From: Streptomyces virus Yaboi
Taxonomy: Duplodnaviria > Heunggongvirae > Uroviricota > Caudoviricetes
Length of the DNA: 57,807 nt
Direction: 5' to 3' (one strand)
IMG/VR virus record: IMGVR_UViG_2974625447_000001
Span: 1 to 57,807 of that record
The notes beneath the pieces were generated by a model that was not told the origin of the DNA, did no database searches, and was given only the letters and a program-made list of their open reading frames with translations. How positions within the stretch are numbered: position 1 is the first letter of the stretch; the number at the start of each line of letters is the position of its first letter. Both the position numbers and the translations under genes were made by a program. Shown here piece by piece: positions 44,036 to 54,890 of the stretch.

Positions 44036-44829
44036 TAACAACTCAGGGAAAGTCCGTAATTTTCCGTTACCTGGCCGGGTACATTCCACGCATTGCAGAA
44101 TCAATTGCAATTGGCGTGTCAGACAAGCCTGCCTCCGTGAATGACACGGTTCTTGGATTCGAGACGAATCGAGTTCTTATCAACATCACCTCCGCAGATA
44201 TGGTAAACAACAAGATCATCTTTAAGGGAATCATCCCCCAAGAATTTGTTGGTAAAATTCACGAGGTTGGATTGTGGTATGGAAGCCCGGCGCAGAGTGC
44301 TGGAGCCAGTTCAATCATTGTAGATTTTGATTCAACGGCAGAGGAATGGGACACAGGAACATGGGACACCACTCTTGCTAGAATTGGATCAGACGCACTA
44401 CAATTGACAGGCGGCCAGAGCAGTACACTTGCCGATATTGCGCTAGACCTGTCTGGGTATTCAGATTCAGACTTCCTTTCTCTTGCTTATTCAGCAGATG
44501 CCACAATTGACAATGTAACTGTTCAATTCAAGACGGATGACTTGAATTATTACAGTTACACATTTGCTGCGGCCACTGGATACGAAGTAAAGTCATTTGG
44601 AAAGATGTCAACGACTGCCACAGGCACTCCAGACTGGGAAAACATCACAAAGATCACTGTATCTGCCACGGGCACAGGAAACATTGTGTTTGATGGAATT
44701 AGAGCAGAGGATAATGATACAATCAGCAACGATTACGCTTTGGTAGCTAGAACAGTCCTTTCTACACCAAAGTCAAAGACGGATGACAGCGAAATGGACG
44801 TTGAGTACGCATTGGAAATTAATATATGA
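44032..44829 (+). CDS. Minor tail protein
   Basis: MITTQGK...IAIG...E.R N-terminus typical of tail-fibre/baseplate proteins. Confidence 0.7.
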   Translation: MITTQGKSVIFRYLAGYIPRIAESIAIGVSDKPASVNDTVLGFETNRVLINITSADMVNNKIIFKGIIPQEFVGKIHEVGLWYGSPAQSAGASSIIVDFDSTAEEWDTGTWDTTLARIGSDALQLTGGQSSTLADIALDLSGYSDSDFLSLAYSADATIDNVTVQFKTDDLNYYSYTFAAATGYEVKSFGKMSTTATGTPDWENITKITVSATGTGNIVFDGIRAEDNDTISNDYALVARTVLSTPKSKTDDSEMDVEYALEINI

Positions 44830-47800
44830 GAATTCTACTAAGAGATCTGACGCCAGGAACCGACTATAACATTCAGCTTCGTTCAAATGATGGAACGAGT
44901 GTTTCTGATTGGAGTCGTGTATTTCCTCTTACAACGATTCAAGACACTCTGGCACCAGCTCCGGTGCAGAATGTAACTTGGGTCGTCAACAGGACTGCCT
45001 TCTCCGCAAAGTGGGATGCAGTGACTCAAAATGAGGATGCTTCTCCTCTTCTAGACTTTTCACACTACATCGTCAGAATCCAGAGTGGATCTACTTACGT
45101 CGATGTAAAGACCACCAATACGTTCTACGATCTGGGCTTCGAAACAAATAAGGCATTCTTTGGGACTCCTCAGCCTACGTTGGCAATTACTGTATTCGCT
45201 GTGGACACTACAGGGAACTTCTCAGACCCATCTACAACTGTTTCTGCCACCAATCCGCCACCACCTGATCCAACAGGTGTTGTTGCCGCCGGAATTAATG
45301 GCGGAATCAGCATGCGCTGGGACGTTCAGGCAATTGATGATCTCGCGGCTTATGATGTTTACATGAGCACAACCGGTGCAGGCTTTACCCCAACTAACGC
45401 TAATAGAATTTATAGTGGCACGGGTAATACACTGCTTTACGATAGCAGCTCACTTGGCGTTGCTCATTACTTCAAGATCAGATCACGAGACGTATTTGAT
45501 AGCATTTCTGGATATGTCACTGTATCCGCCACTCCTCTTTCTCCTACAGATGTCGATACAGAGGCACCAGATGCCCCAACCGGAGTAACGGCATCTATGG
45601 CAGTAGATTCAAACGATTCAGCATTTGCCAATGCCACAGTTTCATGGACTCCTCCAACAGCAGATGATCTAGTTGGATTTGTTGTTAGATATAAGCAGAG
45701 TTCTGCGACGGGTTATGACTTTGTAAATGTTCCAGTAGGAACGAACTCAGTAGTAATCACCGGGCTTCTAGTCGGAGTTCAGTACGATTTTTCCGTTCAG
45801 GCATATGACAGATCAACTAACCGATCAGCATTTACTTCTGCGGTAAATGCGACGGCAGTAAATACTGCCCCTTCTACTCCTGCCGCACCCACTGCTGTAG
45901 CAAATGTTCAGAGTGTACAGGTGAGCCATTCTTTGCAGAAGGCTTCCTCTGGACGACTAGAATCTGATGTTGCCTATCTTGAAGTGCATGTTGGAACTAC
46001 CTCTACATTCACCTCCAGTGACTCCACACGAATTGGACAATTGCAGGTTGAGCCTGGCAGCACCTTCGTTTCTGAAATTTTCCCAGTGCCAGCTAGCGAT
46101 ACAGCTCTAGCTCGCTGGGTGAGAGTTGTCGCTGTAGACAGAGGTGGATTGAAGTCTGCTGAGTCTGCCGTTGCAGCCGTCACCATTGGTCTTATCAACA
46201 ACGCCAATATTGCGAATGCCACCATCACATCTGCCAAGATCGCAAGCCTTGAAGCCAACAAGATCACTGCTGGTACTGGTATCATCAATGCGCTGTCTAT
46301 CAAGGCGGCACTGACTATTGACACAGCCGGTGTCATGAAGTCTTCCAATTACGTAGCAGGAACAAGTGGATGGCAGCTATCAAACAATACCCTTGAAATT
46401 AATCAGGGTCTAATCAAGGCTGCCGCTTTGCAGCTCCAGAATAGTGAAAACATTGTTCTCCCTCAGTATGCCGACTTTGAGTTTGCCCCAAGTTGGTATG
46501 TGCAGGGTGTCAACATGTCTTCTTATTCTCCTTCTGGAACGATCAATTGGTCAATTGCCACCGCTCCTGAAATCACGCCTAAGTTTGGAACTCAGGCATT
46601 GAAGATGGTTTCAACGGCGACGGCGGGAGATTATGCAGACGTTCACCTCGGCCCAGGATCAACGGCTTATAATGTGCCAGTAGAAGAAGGCCAAACTTAC
46701 ATCGGTTCAATCTATGTATTTAATCCAGCAGGCTCTGGAGCGAAGAATTTTGTTCTAAAGATTAGATTCTCTGATGGAACATGGAATTCATTTGGATCAT
46801 CTGTTTCTGTTCCGGATAATGGAGTATGGACAAGGGTTAGCGCTACTAGACTAGTCCCTGCTGGTGTAACATCAATGACTGTTTATCCATCACTGGGAAC
46901 TCCAGGAACGATCTACCTTGATGGCCTACAGGTCGAGCGCAAGATGACTGCGGACACAAATCCTTCTCCATGGAAGGCACCTTCATTTACTACAATCGAT
47001 GGTGGAGTAATCCGCACTGGAGAACTTCGTTCAACCGCTTTGGCAAATGGTCTATCAGGACAGCCAGCCTGGTCAATTAATATGACCGGTGGGGCTCAGT
47101 TTGGTGATGCCCAAGTAAGAGGTCGTATTGTTGTTGGCGACCCAAGCAATCCTTCCGCTGATGGAACTGCTTCAAGAATCCATTCAGCCAACTATACGCC
47201 TGGCACAAGCGGGTGGATCATCAGGAATGATGGATACGCAGAATTCCGTAATCTGGCGGTTAACTCAATCAAGGTAACGGCGCTTGATTCACCTATGCAG
47301 AACAACACTTACGCAAAGCTATTCGACTATATGCAGGACGGAAGCCTGTGGCTGTCCAATGGTGCCGTTACTCAGAAGACAGATCCAGGTGCTTACTCTG
47401 CGGAATCTCTATTTGAATTCACCGGCCCTGGCCTTGTTCTCAGAAATGCAGTTGGTGTTACCAAGGTCGCTTACGACCCAACTATTCTATACCGTATCTC
47501 TGCTCGTATTCGCGCATATGAAGTTGCTACGATCAATTCCAATTCCGGATTTGAAACTAATCTAACCGGATGGTGGAATTACGCAAGCACAACTATCACT
47601 AGGGACACTACAAAGAAGTTTACCGGAACTGCTTCTATGGCAATGGAGCGAAGCGGAACATCAAATGGTGTTTATGGAGCCGGTACAACCGTTCCTGTTA
47701 AGGCCGGACGAACCTATACATTTAGCGCTCGCGTTCTTCCAAATAACACCGTTGTGCGAGACAACCTAAAGATGAATATTGCATGGCTAGATTCTGTAGG

Positions 47801-50800
47801 AACTGAAATTGGTGTAACTTACAATGACATGCCTCCAGCAGTTGATGTCAATGGTAATCCAATTCCTATCGATGGAACAACATGGATTCAGTTTGCCTCT
47901 ACAGGTACAGCTCCTGCTGGAGCTACACAGGCTAACTTCGAATTGCAGACTGGTACTGCCGGTGTAACTACGGCCGGTACTCTAGGATGGTTTGACGATG
48001 TAACAATTACAACTCCACCTCGAATTAGGGTTGGTCTATTCGGATTTGACAATGCCAATAACATCATTGACTGGGATTACGTCGATGATGCAACAACTCC
48101 TACAAAGAAGCATGCTATGCCAACCAACTACGCTGAGCTGGCCACTCTTGCTGCAAATCAGTATATGATGGTCGCTGATGATCAGGAAATTCAGATTGCA
48201 ACTGGTAGCTCAAACACGACTTCCGACTGGATCACGCTAACTGGTTATGTCCGTGGACGTGGTGGATCTGGAACTACAGGTGCACTTGGTAACAGAGGAG
48301 AAGCGGCCGATCCATACGCCCCGGCGTCATTGAACCAGTCTGTACGCTACCTTGTTCCTTATGTGGAATGGGATATCGCAACAGGTTCAAAGGCGCAGCT
48401 AGACCAATTCTCAATTGAAGCATATGAGAATGGTGCTCCGCAAAAGGTTGCAACCGATGCTGGACCTAACGTCAAGAGTGTGGCTGTGGAAAACATTCAG
48501 GGTATGCAGTTCGACCATTCCATTAGATTCTATACTGGCAGCGACGATGAAATTCTTCCTGCCATGATCGGTCACACAATGGATGGTGACCTTAACGACG
48601 CCGCACATTTGAGAATTTCTCCACCAATGATCAACTCTAATTCCGATTATGGAAACACGTATATTGGTATTTGGGACAGAAATCCAAACTACATCTACGA
48701 CGCGACATTTGAGAATGGCATTGTTGGATGGACAGGAATGGCCAACACCACTCTTGAGCAGGAAACAACAATTGGACGCGAGGACACAAATTCTCTAAAG
48801 ATCACTGCAACAGGGACAATTGCAAATCCTGCGACAACAGAACTTCTTGGTAAGTACACTGTTTCAACTTTGGTCAATCAGGAACTCATTGACCAAAAGG
48901 TTGTTGTATCAGGTTATGCGAGAATGGGGACAACAACCGGTAGAAATGTACGCCTTGTCGTTAAGTTTCTAAATGAATCTGGCGGAATGATTAATGGATA
49001 CTTCATTGAAAAGGCTGTCACGAACGCAGCCTGGACAAGTTTTTCATTTATTTCTCCTATTGTTATTCCAGATACATGCTATAGCGTGGAATTCAGCTTC
49101 TCATGGTTTAATGGTGCAACAGGCGATATTGTTCTGGTCGATGATGTCCAGCTTGAGGCTGCAAAGAAGACAGACTTCCGCACGGCCAGTGCAAGTCGAA
49201 TCGAATTCCAGTCTGACGTTGTACGAAGCACTGGACCTATCATTGTTTCAAATTCAGAGCTTGCGCTTCCTCCAACCGTAATTGGAAGCACCGGTCGAGC
49301 AGACGTTCCATTTACCCCAGGAATGATCGCCCAGAGCGAGGGTGGATCTGCTGGATTCAGAATGGTTAACTATACAGATGCCAATGGAAACAGATCTTCT
49401 ACTCAGGTAACCAATTTCTCCCCTAGTGGAGATGAGGAATCATCTCTGAGGCTTTATGGTCTAAACGATAGCCTCTATGGTGGTAGATGGGTTCTTACAA
49501 ATGCGTCAGGACAGTTCTCTGCCTCCCTATACGCAGAAGAGGGAGAGGACATTGAGACGGCGAGGAATGTTCGCGTCTATGGCCACCTTGATGTTGACGG
49601 ATCTCCACCATGGAAGACTGTAACGCTTACCAATGGTACGCAGACTGGTAACACATACAATGTGTCTTACTATGTAAACAATGACACTGTATTCCTTAGA
49701 GGATGTATCACAGGATTCTCAACGAGAACAAACCTGTTTACGCTTCCTTCTAACGCCAGACCTGCAAAGCCAGTTTGGGTAAGCACTACAGCGTGGGATA
49801 CTACAAATGTTATTAACGTTAGCCCTGCGACATTGTACATCAAGACCGATGGAACCGTTCAGCTTTACCAGCTTGCTGCAACAAGAACATATTTGGCGCT
49901 TGACAATGTATCATTCTCTATTGCTCCAGAAGCCGCCGCGCCACCTGTCACTGGTGATACTACGGCTCCGGGAACTCCTTCCGGATTCAAGATTGCTGCA
50001 TTGTCATCTGGTACTTCAACAGGAACATACCGCCTAAGCTGGACCAACCCATCAGCTACGGATACGGCCGGTGTCAAGATTATCTGGAGAAGCGACAGAT
50101 ACCCTACTGTAACAATTGCAGGAAGTGGAACTAAGACTCTGACCACAGATGGAAAGATTATTACCGTAACAGGCACTCCATCTCAGGCAAGGACGTATGA
50201 CCACTCAGGTCTTCCGGTAAATAAGACCATCTATTACCGAGTGGTATCTTATGACAAGAGCGGGAATCATTCCACCTATGTCTCTGCCAGCAGATACCTA
50301 CTTGCTTCACCAGTAACTGTTACTGCTAACTCCTCCGACTCTTACCGTCTTGGATATGGAGGTATGTGGAGAAACGACGGCGACGAAGTTTACCAGGGCG
50401 ACTGGAGTGGAAATGACAACCATAGAGGTATTTATCTTTATGGTACAAAGATCTACGATGCTCTGAGCAAGGGCGGTGTTGTAAGAACTCCTACAAAGGT
50501 TACTATTTACCTCAAGAGACTAAGCACTTCTCATGGTAACAATGCTGGTGTAGGAATTAATTTAAGAGGCCACATTTACCAGACCAAGCCTGCTGGTGAC
50601 CCTATTGGTGGAATGACTAACGAAGGGTCTGACGGAGATGACATTGTTTATCTATCAAGAGGAGAGGCTGCTACGGTAACTATTCCTTCAAGCTGGTACA
50701 ACAACATTGTAGACTCCAATTCCGCAAATAGAATCGAAGGATTCGGTGTTTATGGAAGCTCTACAAGTGACTACGCTGTTATGTACGGAGTCTCATCAGG

Positions 50801-50840
50801 ATCTTCCTACGGAAAGGTCACCTTGTACCACAAGGGATGA
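44826..50840 (+). CDS. Large tail fibre / receptor-binding protein with FN3 repeats and carbohydrate-binding-like modules
   Basis: Repeated P.AP..V...W...Y FN3 patterns; NxxFE.G..GW CBM-like starts; 2004 aa. Confidence 0.85.
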   Translation: MRILLRDLTPGTDYNIQLRSNDGTSVSDWSRVFPLTTIQDTLAPAPVQNVTWVVNRTAFSAKWDAVTQNEDASPLLDFSHYIVRIQSGSTYVDVKTTNTFYDLGFETNKAFFGTPQPTLAITVFAVDTTGNFSDPSTTVSATNPPPPDPTGVVAAGINGGISMRWDVQAIDDLAAYDVYMSTTGAGFTPTNANRIYSGTGNTLLYDSSSLGVAHYFKIRSRDVFDSISGYVTVSATPLSPTDVDTEAPDAPTGVTASMAVDSNDSAFANATVSWTPPTADDLVGFVVRYKQSSATGYDFVNVPVGTNSVVITGLLVGVQYDFSVQAYDRSTNRSAFTSAVNATAVNTAPSTPAAPTAVANVQSVQVSHSLQKASSGRLESDVAYLEVHVGTTSTFTSSDSTRIGQLQVEPGSTFVSEIFPVPASDTALARWVRVVAVDRGGLKSAESAVAAVTIGLINNANIANATITSAKIASLEANKITAGTGIINALSIKAALTIDTAGVMKSSNYVAGTSGWQLSNNTLEINQGLIKAAALQLQNSENIVLPQYADFEFAPSWYVQGVNMSSYSPSGTINWSIATAPEITPKFGTQALKMVSTATAGDYADVHLGPGSTAYNVPVEEGQTYIGSIYVFNPAGSGAKNFVLKIRFSDGTWNSFGSSVSVPDNGVWTRVSATRLVPAGVTSMTVYPSLGTPGTIYLDGLQVERKMTADTNPSPWKAPSFTTIDGGVIRTGELRSTALANGLSGQPAWSINMTGGAQFGDAQVRGRIVVGDPSNPSADGTASRIHSANYTPGTSGWIIRNDGYAEFRNLAVNSIKVTALDSPMQNNTYAKLFDYMQDGSLWLSNGAVTQKTDPGAYSAESLFEFTGPGLVLRNAVGVTKVAYDPTILYRISARIRAYEVATINSNSGFETNLTGWWNYASTTITRDTTKKFTGTASMAMERSGTSNGVYGAGTTVPVKAGRTYTFSARVLPNNTVVRDNLKMNIAWLDSVGTEIGVTYNDMPPAVDVNGNPIPIDGTTWIQFASTGTAPAGATQANFELQTGTAGVTTAGTLGWFDDVTITTPPRIRVGLFGFDNANNIIDWDYVDDATTPTKKHAMPTNYAELATLAANQYMMVADDQEIQIATGSSNTTSDWITLTGYVRGRGGSGTTGALGNRGEAADPYAPASLNQSVRYLVPYVEWDIATGSKAQLDQFSIEAYENGAPQKVATDAGPNVKSVAVENIQGMQFDHSIRFYTGSDDEILPAMIGHTMDGDLNDAAHLRISPPMINSNSDYGNTYIGIWDRNPNYIYDATFENGIVGWTGMANTTLEQETTIGREDTNSLKITATGTIANPATTELLGKYTVSTLVNQELIDQKVVVSGYARMGTTTGRNVRLVVKFLNESGGMINGYFIEKAVTNAAWTSFSFISPIVIPDTCYSVEFSFSWFNGATGDIVLVDDVQLEAAKKTDFRTASASRIEFQSDVVRSTGPIIVSNSELALPPTVIGSTGRADVPFTPGMIAQSEGGSAGFRMVNYTDANGNRSSTQVTNFSPSGDEESSLRLYGLNDSLYGGRWVLTNASGQFSASLYAEEGEDIETARNVRVYGHLDVDGSPPWKTVTLTNGTQTGNTYNVSYYVNNDTVFLRGCITGFSTRTNLFTLPSNARPAKPVWVSTTAWDTTNVINVSPATLYIKTDGTVQLYQLAATRTYLALDNVSFSIAPEAAAPPVTGDTTAPGTPSGFKIAALSSGTSTGTYRLSWTNPSATDTAGVKIIWRSDRYPTVTIAGSGTKTLTTDGKIITVTGTPSQARTYDHSGLPVNKTIYYRVVSYDKSGNHSTYVSASRYLLASPVTVTANSSDSYRLGYGGMWRNDGDEVYQGDWSGNDNHRGIYLYGTKIYDALSKGGVVRTPTKVTIYLKRLSTSHGNNAGVGINLRGHIYQTKPAGDPIGGMTNEGSDGDDIVYLSRGEAATVTIPSSWYNNIVDSNSANRIEGFGVYGSSTSDYAVMYGVSSGSSYGKVTLYHKG

Positions 50841-50914
50841 CCCTCGCTTGACAGCCGAGACATCTTGCGTTACAGTGATTATACTTGGAGAAGAAAGAGG
50901 AAAATAATATCTTG

Positions 50915-51118
50915 ATGAATAAGGAAACACTTAAGTTTCTAGCTATTAAGGAAAGAATAGCTCAGATTACTGCTGAATACGAAGAGAAGATTGCAGATCT
51001 GAGAGCAGACTTCACCATCGCCGTACAGGAGATGAATGAAGAGAAGAATTCTCTCCAGCAGGAGAATGCTCAGCTAAAGGCGAAGGTCGATGAACTGGTT
51101 CAGAAGGAAGAAGACTAA
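50915..51118 (+). CDS. Small coiled-coil protein
   Basis: Promoter TTGACA-17-TACAGT upstream. Confidence 0.7.
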   Translation: MNKETLKFLAIKERIAQITAEYEEKIADLRADFTIAVQEMNEEKNSLQQENAQLKAKVDELVQKEED

Positions 51119-51536
51119 GCCGCAGATTGCCCCCACAGTACCCGTAGATTACCCTACGGGTACTTGTGTTCAGACAGAGAATGGTCTGTTTTACATCAAG
51201 GGCAAATTCAGATATCGTATAACCAGCATGCGCATTCTCGATAGCTGGGATTTCCCGTACATCTTGAAGTCAAGCGAAGCCGCTTTGGCCCGGCACAAGA
51301 TTGGTGGTAAGCTCGGATTCCGACAAGGAACTTTGGTTAAGGATATATCTAATGATAGAATGTATCTGATATCAGAGAATCTTAGAAGACTTATCGATTC
51401 TCCAGACTTCTTTGATGTCATGCTGTTCCCAAGAGACAAAGTGATTGAAGTTTCTTCTGCGGAATTGGCGCTACATAAGGAAGGAGAGAAGATAACTTGG
51501 CAACTACCCCCTACAAGCCTACAAGCTGGAGCCTAG
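51090..51536 (+). CDS. Hypothetical protein with two internal repeats (GTxV...YxI...RxI)
   Basis: ORF in a packed operon. Confidence 0.7.
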   Translation: MNWFRRKKTKPQIAPTVPVDYPTGTCVQTENGLFYIKGKFRYRITSMRILDSWDFPYILKSSEAALARHKIGGKLGFRQGTLVKDISNDRMYLISENLRRLIDSPDFFDVMLFPRDKVIEVSSAELALHKEGEKITWQLPPTSLQAGA

Positions 51537-51937
51537 GCGAACAGATTACCCGTGAGAAGCTTAATCAGATGTGCAGCAACGACCAGTACATCTTTGAAAA
51601 TCAGCCTACAGCCTTTTACAATGGTCACGGAATCAAGAAGACCTCTGGCTTGAAGATCATGGGAGGATATGTTTATATCAAGGGAGGAAAGGGTCGTCAT
51701 TATGAGAAGGAAGTATATTTTGGTAACTTCTTCTCAGTCGGATGTAAGCCCATTGTTGTAACGAGTCAGGTAATTCAGAAGCAGTCTAGAATCCATTGCA
51801 TCATTCGTGGTGTTCGCGGAGAATACTGGCCAGACCACCGAGGATTTACAGCGGTGGTTGACTCTGATGAGCTTACGGCAAAGAACAACTATTTCCATTA
51901 TGGTGTAAACGTCCATTTCCTCGCTCTTGGATACTGA
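51497..51937 (+). CDS. Putative tail tip/fibre accessory protein
   Basis: N-terminal W..GE.IT.EKLN motif of tail fibre proteins. Confidence 0.6.
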   Translation: MATTPYKPTSWSLGEQITREKLNQMCSNDQYIFENQPTAFYNGHGIKKTSGLKIMGGYVYIKGGKGRHYEKEVYFGNFFSVGCKPIVVTSQVIQKQSRIHCIIRGVRGEYWPDHRGFTAVVDSDELTAKNNYFHYGVNVHFLALGY

Positions 51938-52221
51938 TGTACATACCTATCCGAAATTGGCATAATCGAAAGAAAATGCTATCCGAAGATGGGTACGTAC
52001 TTGTTTGGACTCCAGAGCATCCAAAGAGTTTTAATGGTGGATGGTATTACGAACATCGAATGGTGTTTGAGGCCCGGCTCAAGAGGATGCTCAAGTCCAC
52101 AGAAACAGTACATCATATTGGTACCAAAACAGACAACACCTGGAAGAACTTGTTCCTCTGCACCTGGGAAGAACACAACAGGCTTAACCGAGCTGAGCAC
52201 CTTGCCTTGACAAGACGTTAG
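51937..52221 (+). CDS. Small HNH endonuclease (HNH_3-like)
   Basis: YEHRMV...VHHIG.K.DN...NL.L...EH. Confidence 0.8.
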   Translation: MYIPIRNWHNRKKMLSEDGYVLVWTPEHPKSFNGGWYYEHRMVFEARLKRMLKSTETVHHIGTKTDNTWKNLFLCTWEEHNRLNRAEHLALTRR

Positions 52222-52261
52222 CAAGCTGCTAGTGTTGATCAAAACAACGAAAGGAACAAGT

Positions 52262-53023
52262 ATGTCCAAAGACATGACATGGCTGTTCGCATCAGATATT
52301 CATTTCCCCCACCATGATCAGCGTATGGTGTCTTTGTGGTTTGATGTGCTAAAGTATCTCAAGCCCGGCGCTATTGATCTTCCGGGAGACATTGATGATG
52401 CTGAGGAAACGAGCCGGTGGGTAGAAGGCACTTCCAAGGAAGGATTTAGTCTCAATTACCCTGGCATTCAATTGACCCGCTCATTCCTTGCGGACATTCA
52501 TGAGCTAGCTCCCCAAGCAGACAAGCATTTCCATGATGGAAATCATGGCTGGTATCGTCACGTTAAGTGGCTCGATAAGAATGCCCCATATACTGTCACT
52601 GATGGTGTATATAGTCCAGAGGTCCTATACGAATACAAGAAGTCTGGATTTGAGTGGCACAATTATGGTGATCAGGCCGTAAAGCGTTATGGCGATATCT
52701 ATGTTCATCATGGCGAAAGTATCTCAAAGCACGCTGGTGAGTCAGTTCGTAATGACGTAGAAGCTTGGGGCGTCTCTCTGGTCCGTGGTCACTCTCATCG
52801 AATGGGAGTTTACAACAGGACATTTGACCTTACAGGAGAGACCCGGCGCGGATTTGAGATCGGCCACATGTGTGACGTTACTCAAATGGATTATGACCGA
52901 ACGAGAAACTGGCAGCCAGGATTTGCATACGGTGTAGTTGCATCAACGGGCGAAGTCTTCATTGATCTCGTGCCAATCATCAACTATACTTGCAAGATCG
53001 GCACCAAGATCTTCCGAGGTTGA
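52262..53023 (+). CDS. Calcineurin-like metallophosphoesterase
   Basis: SDIH, GDIDD, GNH, HG, GHSHR motifs. Confidence 0.88.
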   Translation: MSKDMTWLFASDIHFPHHDQRMVSLWFDVLKYLKPGAIDLPGDIDDAEETSRWVEGTSKEGFSLNYPGIQLTRSFLADIHELAPQADKHFHDGNHGWYRHVKWLDKNAPYTVTDGVYSPEVLYEYKKSGFEWHNYGDQAVKRYGDIYVHHGESISKHAGESVRNDVEAWGVSLVRGHSHRMGVYNRTFDLTGETRRGFEIGHMCDVTQMDYDRTRNWQPGFAYGVVASTGEVFIDLVPIINYTCKIGTKIFRG

Positions 53024-53071
53024 TAGATCCTCCCATGCTATAATGAAAGAAAAAGCAAGGGAGGTTAAATC

Positions 53072-53323
53072 TTGAAGACAAGCAAGTTCTGGAAGGACGC
53101 CTTCGAGCGTGCAGTGAAGACTTTCGCTCAGTCCGCAGTTGCGATCCTTGCACTATCCACAACTCTATTTGACGTTAGCTGGGTAAATGCAATGGGAACC
53201 GCTGGACTGGCTGCCCTAGTCTCACTTCTTACTTCTGTTGGTTCTGCTGGTGTCGGCAGCTCTGAGAGCGCATCCCTTGTAGTTGATACAAAGGATAGGG
53301 TGCCAGGCGTTGAATCATACTAA
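53072..53323 (+). CDS. Holin (r1t-like)
   Basis: FWKDAFERAVKTFAQ...VSW...AALVSLLTS. Confidence 0.85.
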   Translation: MKTSKFWKDAFERAVKTFAQSAVAILALSTTLFDVSWVNAMGTAGLAALVSLLTSVGSAGVGSSESASLVVDTKDRVPGVESY

Positions 53324-53489
53324 GTGTGGTGGTCGAGTATTCGTTGACAGAGTGTACTCTGAGAAGAGTCACTTGGAACTGGCGTGCATTGAGTGCGGCG
53401 CTAGGTGGATGCTTGACAAAACCAAAAATAAGCTTGCGGCATGGCTGATCAGTAGAGAAAAGAATTATTCTACCCAGTTTGCCCGGTGA
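53310..53489 (+). CDS. Small zinc-ribbon protein
   Basis: HxKCGG...CIECG. Confidence 0.65.
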   Translation: MNHTKCGGRVFVDRVYSEKSHLELACIECGARWMLDKTKNKLAAWLISREKNYSTQFAR

Positions 53490-53564
53490 GAGTGAAGGAT
53501 GCTATACTCTACATAGCACTTCCCCTGCGTGGAATGCGCAGGGGATTTTATTTTGGAGGATACA

Positions 53565-54074
53565 TTGGGAAAAAAGCCGGGCAAGAAGAAGGCAAGCCCA
53601 TATTTCTTTCTCGATGGTCAAGCTCATAAGAAGCTACAAGTCAACCATGCAGCAGATATTCTCATTGCGTGGAATTATCCTGAAAAGAAGCGAGTGGCCT
53701 ATGTGCTGTCCGTTGCGAGGAAGAATATGGAAAAGGCATTCTTCACAAAGCAGGTGGAAGAAATGGTCGGAAGGACTCGAAAGTCTATGATCAATTATAT
53801 TCATGACGGATTGATTAGACGACCTTATCTGACCTACAGCCTTGACGGACAGGGTAAGCCAGGTCTATACTTGTGGACTGAGCAGGATGTTCTTGACTTG
53901 CACGACATGATGCTGAATCATGGACCAGGCAGGCCAAGGAAGGACGGTCAGCCCGTTCGAACGAACCTACCATCAAAGGCAGAGTTGATAGCAATGATGC
54001 GTAATGATGTGGTTCTATACACGAAGACCCGTGATGGTGAATACACACCAGTGTGGCAGGCAAAAGATTGGTAA
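53565..54074 (+). CDS. Putative HTH (MerR-like) DNA-binding protein
   Basis: FTKQVEEMVGRTRKSMINY...GLI.RP...W; GGAGG RBS before TTG. Confidence 0.65.
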   Translation: MGKKPGKKKASPYFFLDGQAHKKLQVNHAADILIAWNYPEKKRVAYVLSVARKNMEKAFFTKQVEEMVGRTRKSMINYIHDGLIRRPYLTYSLDGQGKPGLYLWTEQDVLDLHDMMLNHGPGRPRKDGQPVRTNLPSKAELIAMMRNDVVLYTKTRDGEYTPVWQAKDW

Positions 54075-54077
54075 CCA

Positions 54078-54368
54078 ATGGCAAATACTAAGGCCAAGTA
54101 CACTCCCTTCGGGGACAGGGTAAATCCAGGTGTAGCGATTATTCAGGCGGCCAACGCACTTGACGTGGCTGCCGCGTTTGCGGTAGAGTCTAGAGACTCA
54201 GATGCATTGCTCAAGGTCGCAGCCATGTGGGTTGATATCAGTGGCCGACTGGTGTACGATGATGACGAAGAGGGAAACGACGTGCTAGAAGAAGAGCGTC
54301 GTCCGTTTGGCTTCTCAACTACGAGTGAGATCGGGGAGGAGGATGATGAGTACGAGAGTGACGTTTAA
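54078..54368 (+). CDS. Hypothetical protein, 96 aa
   Basis: ORF in a packed operon. Confidence 0.7.
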   Translation: MANTKAKYTPFGDRVNPGVAIIQAANALDVAAAFAVESRDSDALLKVAAMWVDISGRLVYDDDEEGNDVLEEERRPFGFSTTSEIGEEDDEYESDV

Positions 54369-54546
54369 TCTGACGTATAAGCACAATCTGGGAAACTTTG
54401 AGAATGTTGATATTCAGGTCGGCGTAGAGACAGACTCTCTACCAGGCGAGAACGTTAACGAAGCATTTGAGCGAGTCGCCCAGGTGGTGTACACTCAGCT
54501 ACACAAGCGTCTTGACGAAACTGTTGATGCTCTGGAGGATAAGTGA
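54343..54546 (+). CDS. Hypothetical protein (NLGNFE motif)
   Basis: GGAGG RBS. Confidence 0.7.
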   Translation: MMSTRVTFNLTYKHNLGNFENVDIQVGVETDSLPGENVNEAFERVAQVVYTQLHKRLDETVDALEDK

Positions 54547-54890
54547 ATCAGAGGCAGCAGGCCCATGCACTCATCAATCTCTACAAGAAGCTGTTTAAGG
54601 GGCGCTATGGAATTGATTCCAATGTGAATTCCTATTCAGCTCAGTGGGGATTCATGACTGCACTGAACGATTTGAATTACGCGGTGCTGAGGAAAGTCCT
54701 GGAATACTACTTCACCTGTGAAGCTAATGGACATGGCATCGATAACTTCTTCCATAAGTATATGGAACTAAACAAGATGCGTCTTGATCTAGAGAAGGAC
54801 GCAGAGAAGCGCAGAGCAATTATGCGCGAAACAGCAGAACGAGTGCGAAGGATGGAGGAGCGTGCCAACAACAGCGGAGAAGCTAATTAA
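54543..54890 (+). CDS. Hypothetical protein upstream of helicase
   Basis: GGAGG RBS; overlaps the helicase start. Confidence 0.7.
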   Translation: MNQRQQAHALINLYKKLFKGRYGIDSNVNSYSAQWGFMTALNDLNYAVLRKVLEYYFTCEANGHGIDNFFHKYMELNKMRLDLEKDAEKRRAIMRETAERVRRMEERANNSGEAN

